The translations under genes and the position numbers were made by a program. From an archaeon (GTDB taxonomy: Archaea > Iainarchaeota > Iainarchaeia > Iainarchaeales > CSSED10-239), in assembly GCA_035390665.1 (NCBI GenBank), contig DAOOUC010000001.1, forward strand, positions 60,001 through 92,000: 32,000 nt of DNA, given 5' to 3'. The stretch's first letter is position 1. The number at the start of each line of letters is the position of its first letter. The notes under the pieces are model-generated. The model had not been told where the DNA came from. It saw nothing but the letters and a program-made list of their open reading frames with translations, and did not search any database. Shown here piece by piece: positions 17,270-27,578 of the stretch.

Positions 17270-19480
17270 TTAATTTTTTGTTTTTTTAATAACTTTTGAT
17301 TTTTTTTCTTCTTTGCCTTTTGTTTTTGTTGCTGTTGTCTTTTTTGTTTTTGTAACTTTCTTTTCTGCTTTTAATTTTTCTTTTTCTGCGTCTTTCTCTG
17401 CCTTTGCTTTTGCCTTCTCAACTTTTGCATCTTGTTTTTCTTTCAACCTTGCTTCGTATTCTTTTTGCTGTTCAATTCTTTTAGAGCATTTGTGATTTAA
17501 GCAAACTTCAATTCCACCGCGTCTTGTAAGTATCTTAATAATTGGATTACTGCATTCTTCACAAATTTTTCCAGTTCCTTCAACTTTATATTTTTGAGGA
17601 AGAGGGAAAGTATTTCTACATGCTGGAAATCCAGAGCACGCTGCAAATTGTTTATTGTTCTTACTAATTCTAACAATTAGTTCTTTTCCACATATAGTAC
17701 ATTTTCCAAGAACAGAATCATTTCTGGTTGCAATTCTTAGTTCTGTTGAGATGTCATTTTTTTCTTTAACAAGTATTTTTATAATATCTTTAAGTATAAC
17801 TCTTGTTTCATCTACAACCTCTGGTTTCTTTTTCTTTCCAGCAGCAACTTGTTCCATTTCTTCTTCAATGTTAGCAGTTAGTTTTGGTTGAGTAATAAGT
17901 TCACAATGCTTATTAAGAACAGAACAGACGGCAATTGCAATATTTGTTGCAGATATACTTTTTGTTCCTTGGATGTAACCTCTGTCTCTTAATTTTTTAA
18001 TAATCACTGGCCGGGTTGATTTAGTTCCAAGGTTTTGTTCTTCCATTAACTTGATTAGTCCTGCTTCTGTATAGTGGCTTGGTGGTGTTGTTTCTTTATC
18101 TTCTTTAACAATATCTAAAACATCAACAACTTCTCCAATAATTAAGTCAGGCAAAATTGTTTCGTTTAGTTTAGAAAAATGATAAATTTTTTTCCAACCA
18201 GGTTCAATAATGGTTTGTCCAGTAACAATAAATGGTTCTTTTTTAATATCAATTATTGCTGAAACATTTTCTGTTCTTGCATCAATATAAAGTGTTGCAA
18301 GAAATCTTCTAACAATCAAATCGTAAATCTTTTTTTCTCCACCAGCAAGTTTATTTGAATATCCAACAGGATATATTGGCGGATGATCTGTTGTTTCTTT
18401 TGCTCCGCGTGTGGGGTGTATTGGTTTAGATAAGATTTCTTTAGCTATTCCAAAATATTCTTTATCAATAGAGACAATTTCAACAATTTCTTTTAGATTA
18501 ACTGTTGCAGGATAAACGGTGTTATCAGTTCTTGGGTAACTAATAAGTCCTTGTTGATATAAGCTTTCAGCAATATTCATAGCTTGATTTGTGCTTATTC
18601 CAAATACTGAAGAAGCAGCTCTAAGAAAACTAGTTGTATTAAATGGTTCAGGTCTATTAAGTGTTTTTTCTTTTTTTGAAATTGTTCTAACAATTCCACT
18701 TTTTTCTTTTTTAATATCTTCAAATATTTTTTTAGCTTTTTCAATATCAAAGAATTTTCCATCTTTGTGATTACCTAAGAATTTAATTTTGGATTTTTCA
18801 AAAGTTGCAATAATTTCAGAGTATTTCTCTGGAACAAATTTTTGTCTTTCAAGTTCTCTTTCAACAATAAAATTTAAAAGAGGGGTCTGAACACGCCCAG
18901 CAGAAATAAAATTTTTACCTTTTCTGTTAGCAACAACAGACAAGTATCTTGTTAATATTGCACCCCACAATAAATCAACCTCTTGACGTGCAAAAACAGA
19001 ATCAGCATAATTAAAATCAACTTTTCTTAAATGAGTAAAAGAATCAAATATTTCTTTTTCAGTTAAGGCACTAAAGTAAGCTCTATGTAATTTAGTTCCT
19101 TTGTTGTTTTCTACAACATAGTTATAAGCCTCAACACCTATTGCCTCTCCTTCTCTATCAGCATCTGTTGCAACAATAATGTTTTCAAGATTAGCTCTTT
19201 TCTTTTTAAGACTTGTTATTATTGCTTTTTCAACAGCAAGGTAAGTTAATTGCTTGTCTGCCAAAATATCTAATGCATAGATATTCCAATAATTATTATC
19301 TCCAACAAAATCAACAGTGTTTATGTGTCCTCTAAGTGGTATTACCATTGTTTCTTTTCCTTCCCAATCAAAAGAGAAACAGTTAACCCCATTTTCAACA
19401 ACAGTATTAAATTTATTTTTAGAGAGAATGCTTGCAATTCTTTTTCCTGCAATCGCCTTCTCTGAAATTATTAAATCCAT
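17270..19480 (-). CDS. topA: DNA topoisomerase, type IA
   Basis: The 736-aa ORF has a Toprim domain (IISEKAIAGKRIA, TDADREGEAIG), the active-site motif ISYPRTDN, C-terminal Cys4 zinc ribbons (CTICGK..CSGFPAC and CEEC..C) and a Lys/Glu-rich tail. Confidence 0.9.
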   Translation of the reverse strand: MDLIISEKAIAGKRIASILSKNKFNTVVENGVNCFSFDWEGKETMVIPLRGHINTVDFVGDNNYWNIYALDILADKQLTYLAVEKAIITSLKKKRANLENIIVATDADREGEAIGVEAYNYVVENNKGTKLHRAYFSALTEKEIFDSFTHLRKVDFNYADSVFARQEVDLLWGAILTRYLSVVANRKGKNFISAGRVQTPLLNFIVERELERQKFVPEKYSEIIATFEKSKIKFLGNHKDGKFFDIEKAKKIFEDIKKEKSGIVRTISKKEKTLNRPEPFNTTSFLRAASSVFGISTNQAMNIAESLYQQGLISYPRTDNTVYPATVNLKEIVEIVSIDKEYFGIAKEILSKPIHPTRGAKETTDHPPIYPVGYSNKLAGGEKKIYDLIVRRFLATLYIDARTENVSAIIDIKKEPFIVTGQTIIEPGWKKIYHFSKLNETILPDLIIGEVVDVLDIVKEDKETTPPSHYTEAGLIKLMEEQNLGTKSTRPVIIKKLRDRGYIQGTKSISATNIAIAVCSVLNKHCELITQPKLTANIEEEMEQVAAGKKKKPEVVDETRVILKDIIKILVKEKNDISTELRIATRNDSVLGKCTICGKELIVRISKNNKQFAACSGFPACRNTFPLPQKYKVEGTGKICEECSNPIIKILTRRGGIEVCLNHKCSKRIEQQKEYEARLKEKQDAKVEKAKAKAEKDAEKEKLKAEKKVTKTKKTTATKTKGKEEKKSKVIKKTKN

Positions 19481-19491
19481 TTTATTTCAAA

Positions 19492-19962
19492 TTAAAAAGT
19501 AGTTTGTAAGATTTTACGTGGAAGATTTTTACTATTTTTGTGTTCTTTTAATAGTGTAAGAATACTTGCTTTAGTTATTCCATCAATCTTAAAGATGTTA
19601 TCTAATAGTTGTTTTAAGTCTGATTTATCAAGGGCCATAACTCTTACTAATACATTATATTCCCCTGTAACTTCAACAACTTCTTTAATATCTTCCATTT
19701 CTTTTAGTTTCTTTAGTATCTCGTTTTGCTTAGATGGGTCTATTGTAATTAAGATCTCAATCTTTTCATTAAATCCTAAAATTTCGTAATCAATTTCAGC
19801 AGTGATTGATTTTATTATGCCTCTTTGCATTAATCTATCTAATCTTTTCTTAATTGCAACATCTGTCAAATTTATGTCTTTAGCAATATTTGCAAATGAC
19901 ACTCTTCCATTTATTGCAAGTTGTTCTATAATATACTTATCTATTTTATCTATTATCTGCAT
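19492..19962 (-). CDS. Lrp/AsnC-family transcriptional regulator
   Basis: The 156-aa ORF has the HTH DKIDKYIIEQLAINGRVSFANIAKDINLTDVAIKKRLDRLMQRGIIK followed by a RAM/AsnC_trans_reg-like C-terminal domain. It lies 11 nt upstream of topA on the same strand. Confidence 0.85.
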   Translation of the reverse strand: MQIIDKIDKYIIEQLAINGRVSFANIAKDINLTDVAIKKRLDRLMQRGIIKSITAEIDYEILGFNEKIEILITIDPSKQNEILKKLKEMEDIKEVVEVTGEYNVLVRVMALDKSDLKQLLDNIFKIDGITKASILTLLKEHKNSKNLPRKILQTTF

Positions 19963-19974
19963 GTATAATCAATC

Positions 19975-20688
19975 CTACTTAATTGGTTTTAATAAATTGT
20001 ATTTATCTAAATAAACCTCTGTTTTTAAAATTTCAATAAAAGGTATAACAAAAACCACAAAGAAAACTGTTGCGATAATTGGTCCTGCAAAGACACCAAA
20101 CATAACATCTATGATGTATGTTAAAAGTGTTAAAATAAAAACAGTAACAAATAGATAAACAAAAGATATCCAATTCTTTTTAATATAATTTAGATTAAGA
20201 ACCAAAGCATATTCTGCACTTTGTTTTTCCATAACTATTATTTGAGGTATAAACCAGAAAAGTGCAGTAATTACTAGTAAACCTAGATTAATAAAAATAT
20301 TATTTAATAGTCCAAAATCAAATAAGAAACAAAGAGAAATATAAAGTAATAAGAAAAAGGAAACATTAAATTTTAATAATTCTAAAAATGGCCTCTTTAT
20401 CTCAAGTGAGTTCTTTTTATCAAATCCATACTCTCTTTGTACTTTATAAACAACTAGTGCTTGCAAAAGAGAATATGCAAATACAATTGCAATAAATGCA
20501 ACAACGGTTAATAATATGATTATAGGGTCTTGATTTAACAAATCATAAGTAACATTTAGACTGCCCCCAGCAAGACTAAATAAAGGATTAACTAAAAACA
20601 AAGTAAATATTAATAATAAACTTGTAGCAAAAACAAGCTTAATATTACTTAAATATTTTTTAAATGCCACAGGAATGTCCATACTCAT
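19975..20688 (-). CDS. Polytopic membrane protein (about 6 TM), hypothetical
   Basis: The 237-aa ORF is dominated by hydrophobic segments and matches no recognised family. It lies 12 nt upstream of the lrp-like gene. Confidence 0.5.
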   Translation of the reverse strand: MSMDIPVAFKKYLSNIKLVFATSLLLIFTLFLVNPLFSLAGGSLNVTYDLLNQDPIIILLTVVAFIAIVFAYSLLQALVVYKVQREYGFDKKNSLEIKRPFLELLKFNVSFFLLLYISLCFLFDFGLLNNIFINLGLLVITALFWFIPQIIVMEKQSAEYALVLNLNYIKKNWISFVYLFVTVFILTLLTYIIDVMFGVFAGPIIATVFFVVFVIPFIEILKTEVYLDKYNLLKPIK

Positions 20689-20764
20689 ATCTTTTCACTT
20701 TTCTTATTTTTAAATATATAATTATTAGATAATATAATATATAAATAGAATTCTTTTTAAATAA

Positions 20765-21997
20765 TTAACTTTTCAGTTCAGAAGCAAAAAGATAACCCGA
20801 TCTCGCTTCCTTAATTTTGATTTTTAATTTTTTTCCAATTTCTAATTTTTTAGGAACAACAACTTGTTTATACTCTATAGTTCTTCCAATACTTGTGTTA
20901 TTTTTCCCAATTTCTGTGATTAATATTTCTCTAGTTTTTCCAATTAATTTTTTATTGTTTAAAAGAGCAATTGTTGAACATAAAATTGTACAGCTTCTAG
21001 ATCTTTCTTTTTTAATAGTTCCAGGAAGTTCTTTGTATTTGTTAGCTTCAATATTTTTTCTTTGCCCGAATCTTGAAATATTTACGATGTCAAATTTACA
21101 TGCTTTTATCAATTCTAATGTTTCTTTAAAATCTTTTTCTGTTTCTGTTGGAAAGCCAACAATGATGTCTGTTGCTAATGTTAAATTTTTAATATTTTTT
21201 TTAAAATATTTAATTAGCTCAAGATATTCTTCCTTCGTGTAATACCTATTCATTTTTTTAAGAACTGAATTGCTTCCGCTCTGAATAGGCACATGTAAGA
21301 ATTTATAGATTTTTTCAGATTTAAAAATTTCAGATATTTCTTTTTTATATTTCTTTAAATGTTGAGGATTTCCCATTCCAAGTCTAATTTTGTAGTCTCC
21401 CTCTATTTTGATTATTTCTTTTAATAATTCCGCAATATTGGTATTAATTTCTAATCCATAACAAGCGGTATCTTGAGCAGTAAGAAGAATTTCTTTAGTT
21501 CCAGATTCAACAGCGGTTTTCACTTCTTCTATAATTTTTGCAATAGATTTACTTTCAAGTTTTCCTCTTGCGAATTTAACTGCACAATATGCACAGTTTC
21601 CAAGACAACCGTTGGCAATAATTACTGCTTTAGTAATTTGTGTTTTCTCAGACGATTTGCCTTTAGGTTTTATTTTGTATTTCTCAAGATAAGAGATTAA
21701 TTTTGTTTTATCTCTAATTCCAAAAAATTTGGCTTTTGGTAAAAGTGTTTTAAGTTTCTCTGAATTAATATCAACTAAACACCCGCAAACAATAATTTCT
21801 TTATTTTTAAGTGGCAAAATAGAATCAGTAATATATTTGTAAATTTTGTTTTCTGTTTGTTCTTTTACTCCGCAGGTATTTATCACAATAATGCTTGCGT
21901 CCTTTTCTTCTTTAGCCACAGTAAGGCCAAACACCAAGTCTTCTCCGTCCCTTTGGTTTAATGTACAACCAAAGGTTTTAATAAAAATAGATTTCAT
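20765..21997 (-). CDS. MiaB-family radical-SAM tRNA methylthiotransferase (archaeal/eukaryotic MtaB/CDKAL1-like)
   Basis: The 410-aa ORF has an N-terminal UPF0004 domain with Cys (FIKTFGCTLNQ..NTCGV), the radical-SAM motif CLGNCAYCAV, and a C-terminal TRAM-like domain. Confidence 0.85.
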   Translation of the reverse strand: MKSIFIKTFGCTLNQRDGEDLVFGLTVAKEEKDASIIVINTCGVKEQTENKIYKYITDSILPLKNKEIIVCGCLVDINSEKLKTLLPKAKFFGIRDKTKLISYLEKYKIKPKGKSSEKTQITKAVIIANGCLGNCAYCAVKFARGKLESKSIAKIIEEVKTAVESGTKEILLTAQDTACYGLEINTNIAELLKEIIKIEGDYKIRLGMGNPQHLKKYKKEISEIFKSEKIYKFLHVPIQSGSNSVLKKMNRYYTKEEYLELIKYFKKNIKNLTLATDIIVGFPTETEKDFKETLELIKACKFDIVNISRFGQRKNIEANKYKELPGTIKKERSRSCTILCSTIALLNNKKLIGKTREILITEIGKNNTSIGRTIEYKQVVVPKKLEIGKKLKIKIKEARSGYLFASELKS

Positions 21998-22389
21998 ATT
22001 ATTTTTTTCTTTGAAGCAAACATTCCAATCACTGAACTAATTATAAATGGAAAGAATGCAGATTCTAAAAGTTGTTTAAATATTCCAAGGTCTTTTGGTA
22101 TTGCCATTTTGTTTAATACAACATATATCTGATATGCATAAATATACAAAATTAAATATTGTACAAGTATACAAATAATCAAAAAAAGAACTAATATAAC
22201 ATAAAAATTCCAATTTGTATATTTTTCAATAACTGGTGTTAAAAAATAAAATGCAAAAAATCCAACAATTGGTAAAAGTATATACATTGGGCTTTTAAAA
22301 AAATTATCTTTTGATAAAAAATAAATTGCCAATTGACTTAAAAAATATCCTAAAATAAAAAATAAACTTACCTTTAATGCTTTGTTCAT
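21994..22389 (-). CDS. Small membrane protein (about 4 TM), hypothetical
   Basis: The 131-aa hydrophobic ORF overlaps the start of the methylthiotransferase gene by 4 nt, which suggests translational coupling. Confidence 0.45.
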   Translation of the reverse strand: MNKALKVSLFFILGYFLSQLAIYFLSKDNFFKSPMYILLPIVGFFAFYFLTPVIEKYTNWNFYVILVLFLIICILVQYLILYIYAYQIYVVLNKMAIPKDLGIFKQLLESAFFPFIISSVIGMFASKKKII

Positions 22390-22523
22390 ATTAACTTCTC
22401 CAAATATTAAATAATTAATAACCCATTAAGATTTTAAATAGTTTAGAAATCTAAAAGAATATATTTAAAAACAAGTTGATAGACAAATAAGATAGAATAT
22501 ATATTTTAGAGAAAGAGATATTT

Positions 22524-23486
22524 ATGATTACAACTAGCGCACCTTGGACAGAGAAATATAGGCCGTTTAGATTAGATGAGATATCAGGCCAACAACACGT
22601 AGTTTCTAAACTAAAAAAATATGTAGAACACAAATCAATTCCAAATATGCTTTTTGCAGGACCGCCAGGAGTTGGTAAAACCTGTTGTGCAATAGCTTTA
22701 GCTAAAGAGATGTTTGGTGACGGATATTCGCAAGATTTTTTAGAATTAAATGCAAGTGACGAAAGAGGAATTGGTGTTGTTAGAGGCGCAATAAAAGATT
22801 TTGCAAGAACCATAGCATTAACTTCAAGTTTTAAAATCATATTTTTAGATGAAGCAGATGCTTTAACTGCAGAGGCGCAACAAGCACTGAGAAGAACTAT
22901 GGAGAAATACACAAATACAGTTAGATTTATTCTAAATGCAAATTATTCTTCAAAATTAATTCCACCAATACAAAGCAGGTGTGCTTTATTTAAATTTAAA
23001 CCATTAACAAAAGAAGATGTACAATCTAGAATAGAATATATTGTTTCTCAAGAAAAAATAAAAATAGACAAAGAAGCAATAATAGCAATTAACGAAGTTT
23101 GTGAAGGAGATTTAAGAACAGCGGTAAATCTTTTACAAACCGCAGCATCAACAACAGAACACATCAAAGAGTCAGACATTTATGTTGTCTCTAATTCAGC
23201 ACAGCCACAAGATATTATTGGATTGATAGATGCTTGCTTAGAAAAAGATTTTTTGAAAGCAAGATCAAAATTAGAGGTTTTGTTATTTGATCACGGACTT
23301 TCAGGAGAGGATATAATCAGTCACATCTATAAAAAAATAGTTAATTATCCTGAAGAAAAAATATCAATTGATAAAAAGTTAAAGATTATTGATAAGATTG
23401 CGGAATTTAATTACAGATTAGTGCAAGGTGCAAATGACAGAATACAATTAGAGGCATTAATTGCACAAATAATAATTATAGAATAA
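22524..23486 (+). CDS. rfcS: Replication factor C small subunit
   Basis: The 320-aa ORF has PWTEKYRP (RFC box II), Walker A GPPGVGKT, FLDEADALT and the SRC motif (QSRCALFKF). No intein. Confidence 0.92.
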   Translation: MITTSAPWTEKYRPFRLDEISGQQHVVSKLKKYVEHKSIPNMLFAGPPGVGKTCCAIALAKEMFGDGYSQDFLELNASDERGIGVVRGAIKDFARTIALTSSFKIIFLDEADALTAEAQQALRRTMEKYTNTVRFILNANYSSKLIPPIQSRCALFKFKPLTKEDVQSRIEYIVSQEKIKIDKEAIIAINEVCEGDLRTAVNLLQTAASTTEHIKESDIYVVSNSAQPQDIIGLIDACLEKDFLKARSKLEVLLFDHGLSGEDIISHIYKKIVNYPEEKISIDKKLKIIDKIAEFNYRLVQGANDRIQLEALIAQIIIIE

Positions 23487-23498
23487 TTTGGTGAAAAA

Positions 23499-25217
23499 AT
23501 GGGGTCATATTTAGATGAATTAAAAGTTCAGATGGGTGAAAAGAAACCAGAAAATATAACTGTGCCAACGACAGAAGCTAAGCCAGAAACAAAAACAATT
23601 GATTTGAATGAATTAAGAAAATCTAAAGAAGATAAGCAAGAATCAAAAGTAGATAGTCTTAAAGATTTGTTTCATTCTACTGCGCCTTTACCAGAAATGG
23701 AAACAAAACCAATCGCTCAAATGCTTGGTAAAAAGGAAGAAATTAAAGAAATTGATTCATTATTGGCTAGTTGGGAAACATCAGGGAAATTAGTAACAAA
23801 GTATGATGACATAGAAATTTATAGATTAGAAAACGACCCGTTATTATACTACAAAGCAAACATTCCAAAATCATCACCAAGTCAAAAAATGATAATTAAT
23901 ACACTTAAAGAAGCAACAACAAGATTAATCACAACTGATCCTTACAAAATAAGAGATCCAATACAAAGACAAAATATTTATTATCAAAAAATTTTAGAAA
24001 TTCTAGAAAATGCTCCAGAAATTAACGTCCCTAAACATTTGTTTTCATTCTATGCTAAAGCAGTAGTAACAGAGATGGTTGGTTTTGGAATAATTGAACC
24101 ATTAATTCATGACACAAAACTTGAAGAAATAATGGTCATAGGACCTAATAGGCCAACGTATGTGTACCACAGAGATTATGGAATGATGTATTCAAATGTT
24201 GTTTTTTATTCTGATGGAGAAATACAAGATCTAATTGATAAAATTGCAAGAATTCTTGGAAGAAGAGTAGATATTTCAAGTCCATTACTTGATGCACGTT
24301 TACCTGATGGTTCTCGTGTTAATGCAACAATACCTCCTGCTTCTATTGACGGCTCTACAGTAACTATTAGAAAATTTAGAGAGGACCCTTACACAATTGT
24401 TGATTTAATTAATTTTAAAACAATAAATTTAGAAGTTGCTGCATTTTTATGGAGTGCAGTAAATGGATTTGGGGCAAAACCTGCAAACATAATTATTGCT
24501 GGTGGAACCGGATCTGGTAAAACATCTTTACTAAATGTTTTAGCTAGTTTTATTCCTGATGATTCTAGAGTTATAACCATTGAAGACACAGCAGAATTAA
24601 AATTGCCAATAAAACACACCATTCGTTTTGAAGGTAAACCACCAGGAATGGAAGGCACAGGTGAATTAACACTTGAGGTGCTTGTAAAAAATACACTTAG
24701 AATGAGACCAGACAGAGTAATTGTAGGTGAAATTAGAAGTACGGAAGCAAGTGTTTTATTTACTGCAATGAACACAGGACATGATGGATGTATGGGTACA
24801 ATCCACGCAAATTCTGCAAGAGAAACACTTGTAAGAATAACATCTCCGCCAATGGATGTCCCGATGTTAATGCTTGCAGGCCTTGATTTAATTATTGTTC
24901 AGAAAATATTAAATACTGCTCAAGGAAAGGTCAGAAGAATTACAGAGATTGCAGAAGTCGAAGGAGTTTATGAAAACGATCCAAAGGTTAACATAATCTT
25001 TAGATGGAATCCACAGACAGACAACCTAGAAAGAACAGAAAATCCAATTAAGTACTTTGAAATTATAAAAACACACACAAAAAATACAGACAAAGATATA
25101 GCAGATATTTTAACCAAAAAGATAAAACTTTTAAATGAGTTAGTTAGTAAGAATATAAGAGACATAAACGATGTTTCTAAGAAAATACAAGAAATGTATG
25201 TTAAAGATAAAAATTGA
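23499..25217 (+). CDS. Archaeal type IV pilus assembly ATPase (FlaI/EpdL/TadA-type secretion ATPase)
   Basis: The 572-aa ORF has Walker A GGTGSGKTS, the Asp/Glu boxes TIEDTAEL and RPDRVIVGEIR, and the His box NTGHDGCMGTIHANSA. It also has ARLPDGSRVNATIPP. The N-terminal roughly 100 aa are Lys/Glu-rich. Confidence 0.9.
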   Translation: MGSYLDELKVQMGEKKPENITVPTTEAKPETKTIDLNELRKSKEDKQESKVDSLKDLFHSTAPLPEMETKPIAQMLGKKEEIKEIDSLLASWETSGKLVTKYDDIEIYRLENDPLLYYKANIPKSSPSQKMIINTLKEATTRLITTDPYKIRDPIQRQNIYYQKILEILENAPEINVPKHLFSFYAKAVVTEMVGFGIIEPLIHDTKLEEIMVIGPNRPTYVYHRDYGMMYSNVVFYSDGEIQDLIDKIARILGRRVDISSPLLDARLPDGSRVNATIPPASIDGSTVTIRKFREDPYTIVDLINFKTINLEVAAFLWSAVNGFGAKPANIIIAGGTGSGKTSLLNVLASFIPDDSRVITIEDTAELKLPIKHTIRFEGKPPGMEGTGELTLEVLVKNTLRMRPDRVIVGEIRSTEASVLFTAMNTGHDGCMGTIHANSARETLVRITSPPMDVPMLMLAGLDLIIVQKILNTAQGKVRRITEIAEVEGVYENDPKVNIIFRWNPQTDNLERTENPIKYFEIIKTHTKNTDKDIADILTKKIKLLNELVSKNIRDINDVSKKIQEMYVKDKN

Positions 25218-25223
25218 TGAATA

Positions 25224-26363
25224 ATGTCTGACGATAATAGCAATTTAAAAAATCTAAAAAAAGATTTTAATAAAGAAAAATCTACTGTTGATTTTGATGC
25301 TGTTCAAAACATTGTTAAAAAATTAAAAGATAAAGACAAGGCAAAAGGAGTTACTGGGCCAGTAACCGAAGGTCATTTGAAAGAATTAAGAGACATTATT
25401 GCTGAAGGTAAGCTAGCCAAATTAAATATAGACACAGAAGCAAAGCTCTTATCTAATTCTAATTCATCATTAGATAAAAGTGCAGTAAAGATTTATTCTA
25501 AAACGCACGGATTTATTAACGAAATTGTAAAAAATTTAGTAAGAAACAACATAGGTAAAAAGATTGCATTTTATCTGTATTCGGCAAATAGTAAAAAATC
25601 TTTAATACAACATCTTGTTTTGTCTACAATCTATTCTTTATTAGTTACTGCATTTATTACAGTATTAGTTGGGGTTATCTTATTTTTTGTTAATCCTTTA
25701 TTTTTAGTTTTGATACCAATAATTCTTGGTTTTGTTTTTATAATTGCATTATTAAGTTTTTCATATCTTGTGCCTATGTCGCAAGCAAAACAAAGAGGAA
25801 TATTAATAGATACCGAGCTACCTTATGCTTTAAGGCATATATCTACAGAATTACAAGCAGGAATTGGATTATATAAAACACTTCAGTCAGTTGCAAAGAA
25901 TGATTACGGTGTACTTTCAGAAGAGATGTCGCGGACCATCATAGAAATAGAAAATGGAACTGACACAAAGACCGCATTAAGGCACATGGCATTAAGAAGT
26001 CAATCTAAAAATCTAAACACCGCAATATTTCATATCGTAAGAACACTTAATACTGGGGGTAATCTTTCTCAAAGTATAGATAGTGTTGCAGACACTGTTT
26101 CATTTGATTTAATGGAATCTGCAAAACAGTTTGGAGAAAAGATGAACTTCTTTGGAATTATTTTTATTTTTGTTGCAATTGTCCTACCTGTATTTTTAGC
26201 AATACTAAGTGCTATAGCAAATGCGCCAATAGGGCAAGGCGGAGATTTATTTATGCCAGGCATTTTAACACCAACGTTATTGACTGTTGTTTATTTATTG
26301 GTAATGCCAGCAATATTTATTTTTATAGCATATTACATAAAATTAATAGAGCCAAAAATATAA
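25224..26363 (+). CDS. Pilus platform membrane protein with a single T2SSF domain (EpdJ/TadB-like)
   Basis: The 379-aa ORF has the T2SSF-like segment LPYALRHISTELQAGIGLYKTLQSVA..LSEEMSRTIIEIENGTDTKTAL flanked by TM helices. Confidence 0.8.
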   Translation: MSDDNSNLKNLKKDFNKEKSTVDFDAVQNIVKKLKDKDKAKGVTGPVTEGHLKELRDIIAEGKLAKLNIDTEAKLLSNSNSSLDKSAVKIYSKTHGFINEIVKNLVRNNIGKKIAFYLYSANSKKSLIQHLVLSTIYSLLVTAFITVLVGVILFFVNPLFLVLIPIILGFVFIIALLSFSYLVPMSQAKQRGILIDTELPYALRHISTELQAGIGLYKTLQSVAKNDYGVLSEEMSRTIIEIENGTDTKTALRHMALRSQSKNLNTAIFHIVRTLNTGGNLSQSIDSVADTVSFDLMESAKQFGEKMNFFGIIFIFVAIVLPVFLAILSAIANAPIGQGGDLFMPGILTPTLLTVVYLLVMPAIFIFIAYYIKLIEPKI

Positions 26364-26377
26364 ATGTGTGAATTAAA

Positions 26378-27274
26378 TTGGGAAAATTAATAGAAAGATA
26401 TCAAATATATTTGAGTTCAATGAAGATAAAAGCACCAGCTCTTTCTTGGATATTAGTGGTTTCTATAATTTCTATAGTTGTTGGTGCTTTGTTTTTTTTA
26501 ATTGATCAAAAATTAGGACTTTTGGCTTTTGCAATAATTTTAGATTTAGGGCTTGGTATCCCATTTTATAATTATAATAAGCACATTGATGAAATTGAAA
26601 GATATTGGCCAGATTCTTTAAGATTAATTGCAGATACAATGAAGTCTGGATCTTCTTTTGAATACTCTTTAAGAGAAGCAAGTGCTGCAGATTTTGGTCC
26701 GCTTTCATATGAATACAATGAAGTAATAAGAAGATTAGAGATGGGAGACAATATGTCTACTGCTTTATCTTATATGTCTAATAGAATTGATTCTAAAATA
26801 GTAAGAAGAACAATTACTTTAATTCAAGAGTGTTTAAGAACAGGTGCGCAATTATCAGATATTTTAGATGATATTGCAAATGATACAAAAAACATGTATA
26901 GAATAAAAAAAGAAAGAATAACTAAAACCTTACTTCAAACAATTTTTATTTTTGCAGCAGGTGCAATTATTGCTCCATTTATTTTTGGTTTAACAAACGT
27001 TATTACAACATTTTTAACAGATGTTGCAAAAAATTCAGGAATTGCGAGTGCAGAAGCACTAGACGTTTCTGTTGCAACACAACAATCTATTAGATTTTTA
27101 TTAGATGCTTATGTTCTATTAGAAGTTGCAGCAGCAGCAGTAATTGTTAGTTTAATGAGAGAAGGAAAATTTTCTAATGCAATAGTTATCTTTCCAGTAA
27201 TGGTTGTTGTTGCATTTATTGTGTATTCTCTAGCGCAGTTTTTAATTTCAACTATGTTGTCAGGTGTTATATAA
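26378..27274 (+). CDS. Second single-T2SSF-domain platform protein (EpdK/TadC-like)
   Basis: The 298-aa ORF has WPDSLRLIADTMKSGSSFEYSLREA..EYNEVIRRLEMGDNMSTAL plus TM helices. The start is uncertain: TTG at 26378 or ATG at 26420. Confidence 0.78.
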   Translation: MGKLIERYQIYLSSMKIKAPALSWILVVSIISIVVGALFFLIDQKLGLLAFAIILDLGLGIPFYNYNKHIDEIERYWPDSLRLIADTMKSGSSFEYSLREASAADFGPLSYEYNEVIRRLEMGDNMSTALSYMSNRIDSKIVRRTITLIQECLRTGAQLSDILDDIANDTKNMYRIKKERITKTLLQTIFIFAAGAIIAPFIFGLTNVITTFLTDVAKNSGIASAEALDVSVATQQSIRFLLDAYVLLEVAAAAVIVSLMREGKFSNAIVIFPVMVVVAFIVYSLAQFLISTMLSGVI

Positions 27275-27447
27275 TGAAAAGATTAATAAAAGACAAAAAA
27301 GGACAAGTATCCTTAGAAGTTTTACTAATTGTTAGTGTTATTGTTTTAGCTGCAATACTTACTGGTTATTATCTAAAGCAAACAGCTCAAAAGAACAGTT
27401 CCAAAATACAAGAATATAACAACGCTAGTACAAAAGGAACACAATAA
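27274..27447 (+). CDS. Mini prepilin-like protein (57 aa) with a class III signal peptide
   Basis: Not in the ORF track. Hand translation: MKRLIKDKKGQVSLEVLLIVSVIVLAAILTGYYLKQTAQKNSSKIQEYNNASTKGTQ. KKG/Q followed by a hydrophobic helix is a prepilin processing site. Its ATG overlaps the stop of the preceding gene (TAATG). Confidence 0.6.
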   Translation: MKRLIKDKKGQVSLEVLLIVSVIVLAAILTGYYLKQTAQKNSSKIQEYNNASTKGTQ

Positions 27448-27578
27448 AATAGCCATCTAAAAGTTAAAAAAACAGAATAGATAGGTTTATAAACTATATT
27501 GTAGACTATATAATATAATTTATTTTTAATAAAAAGAAAATTAAAACCAAATAAAAATAAAAGTGTGGAGGAATTAAA

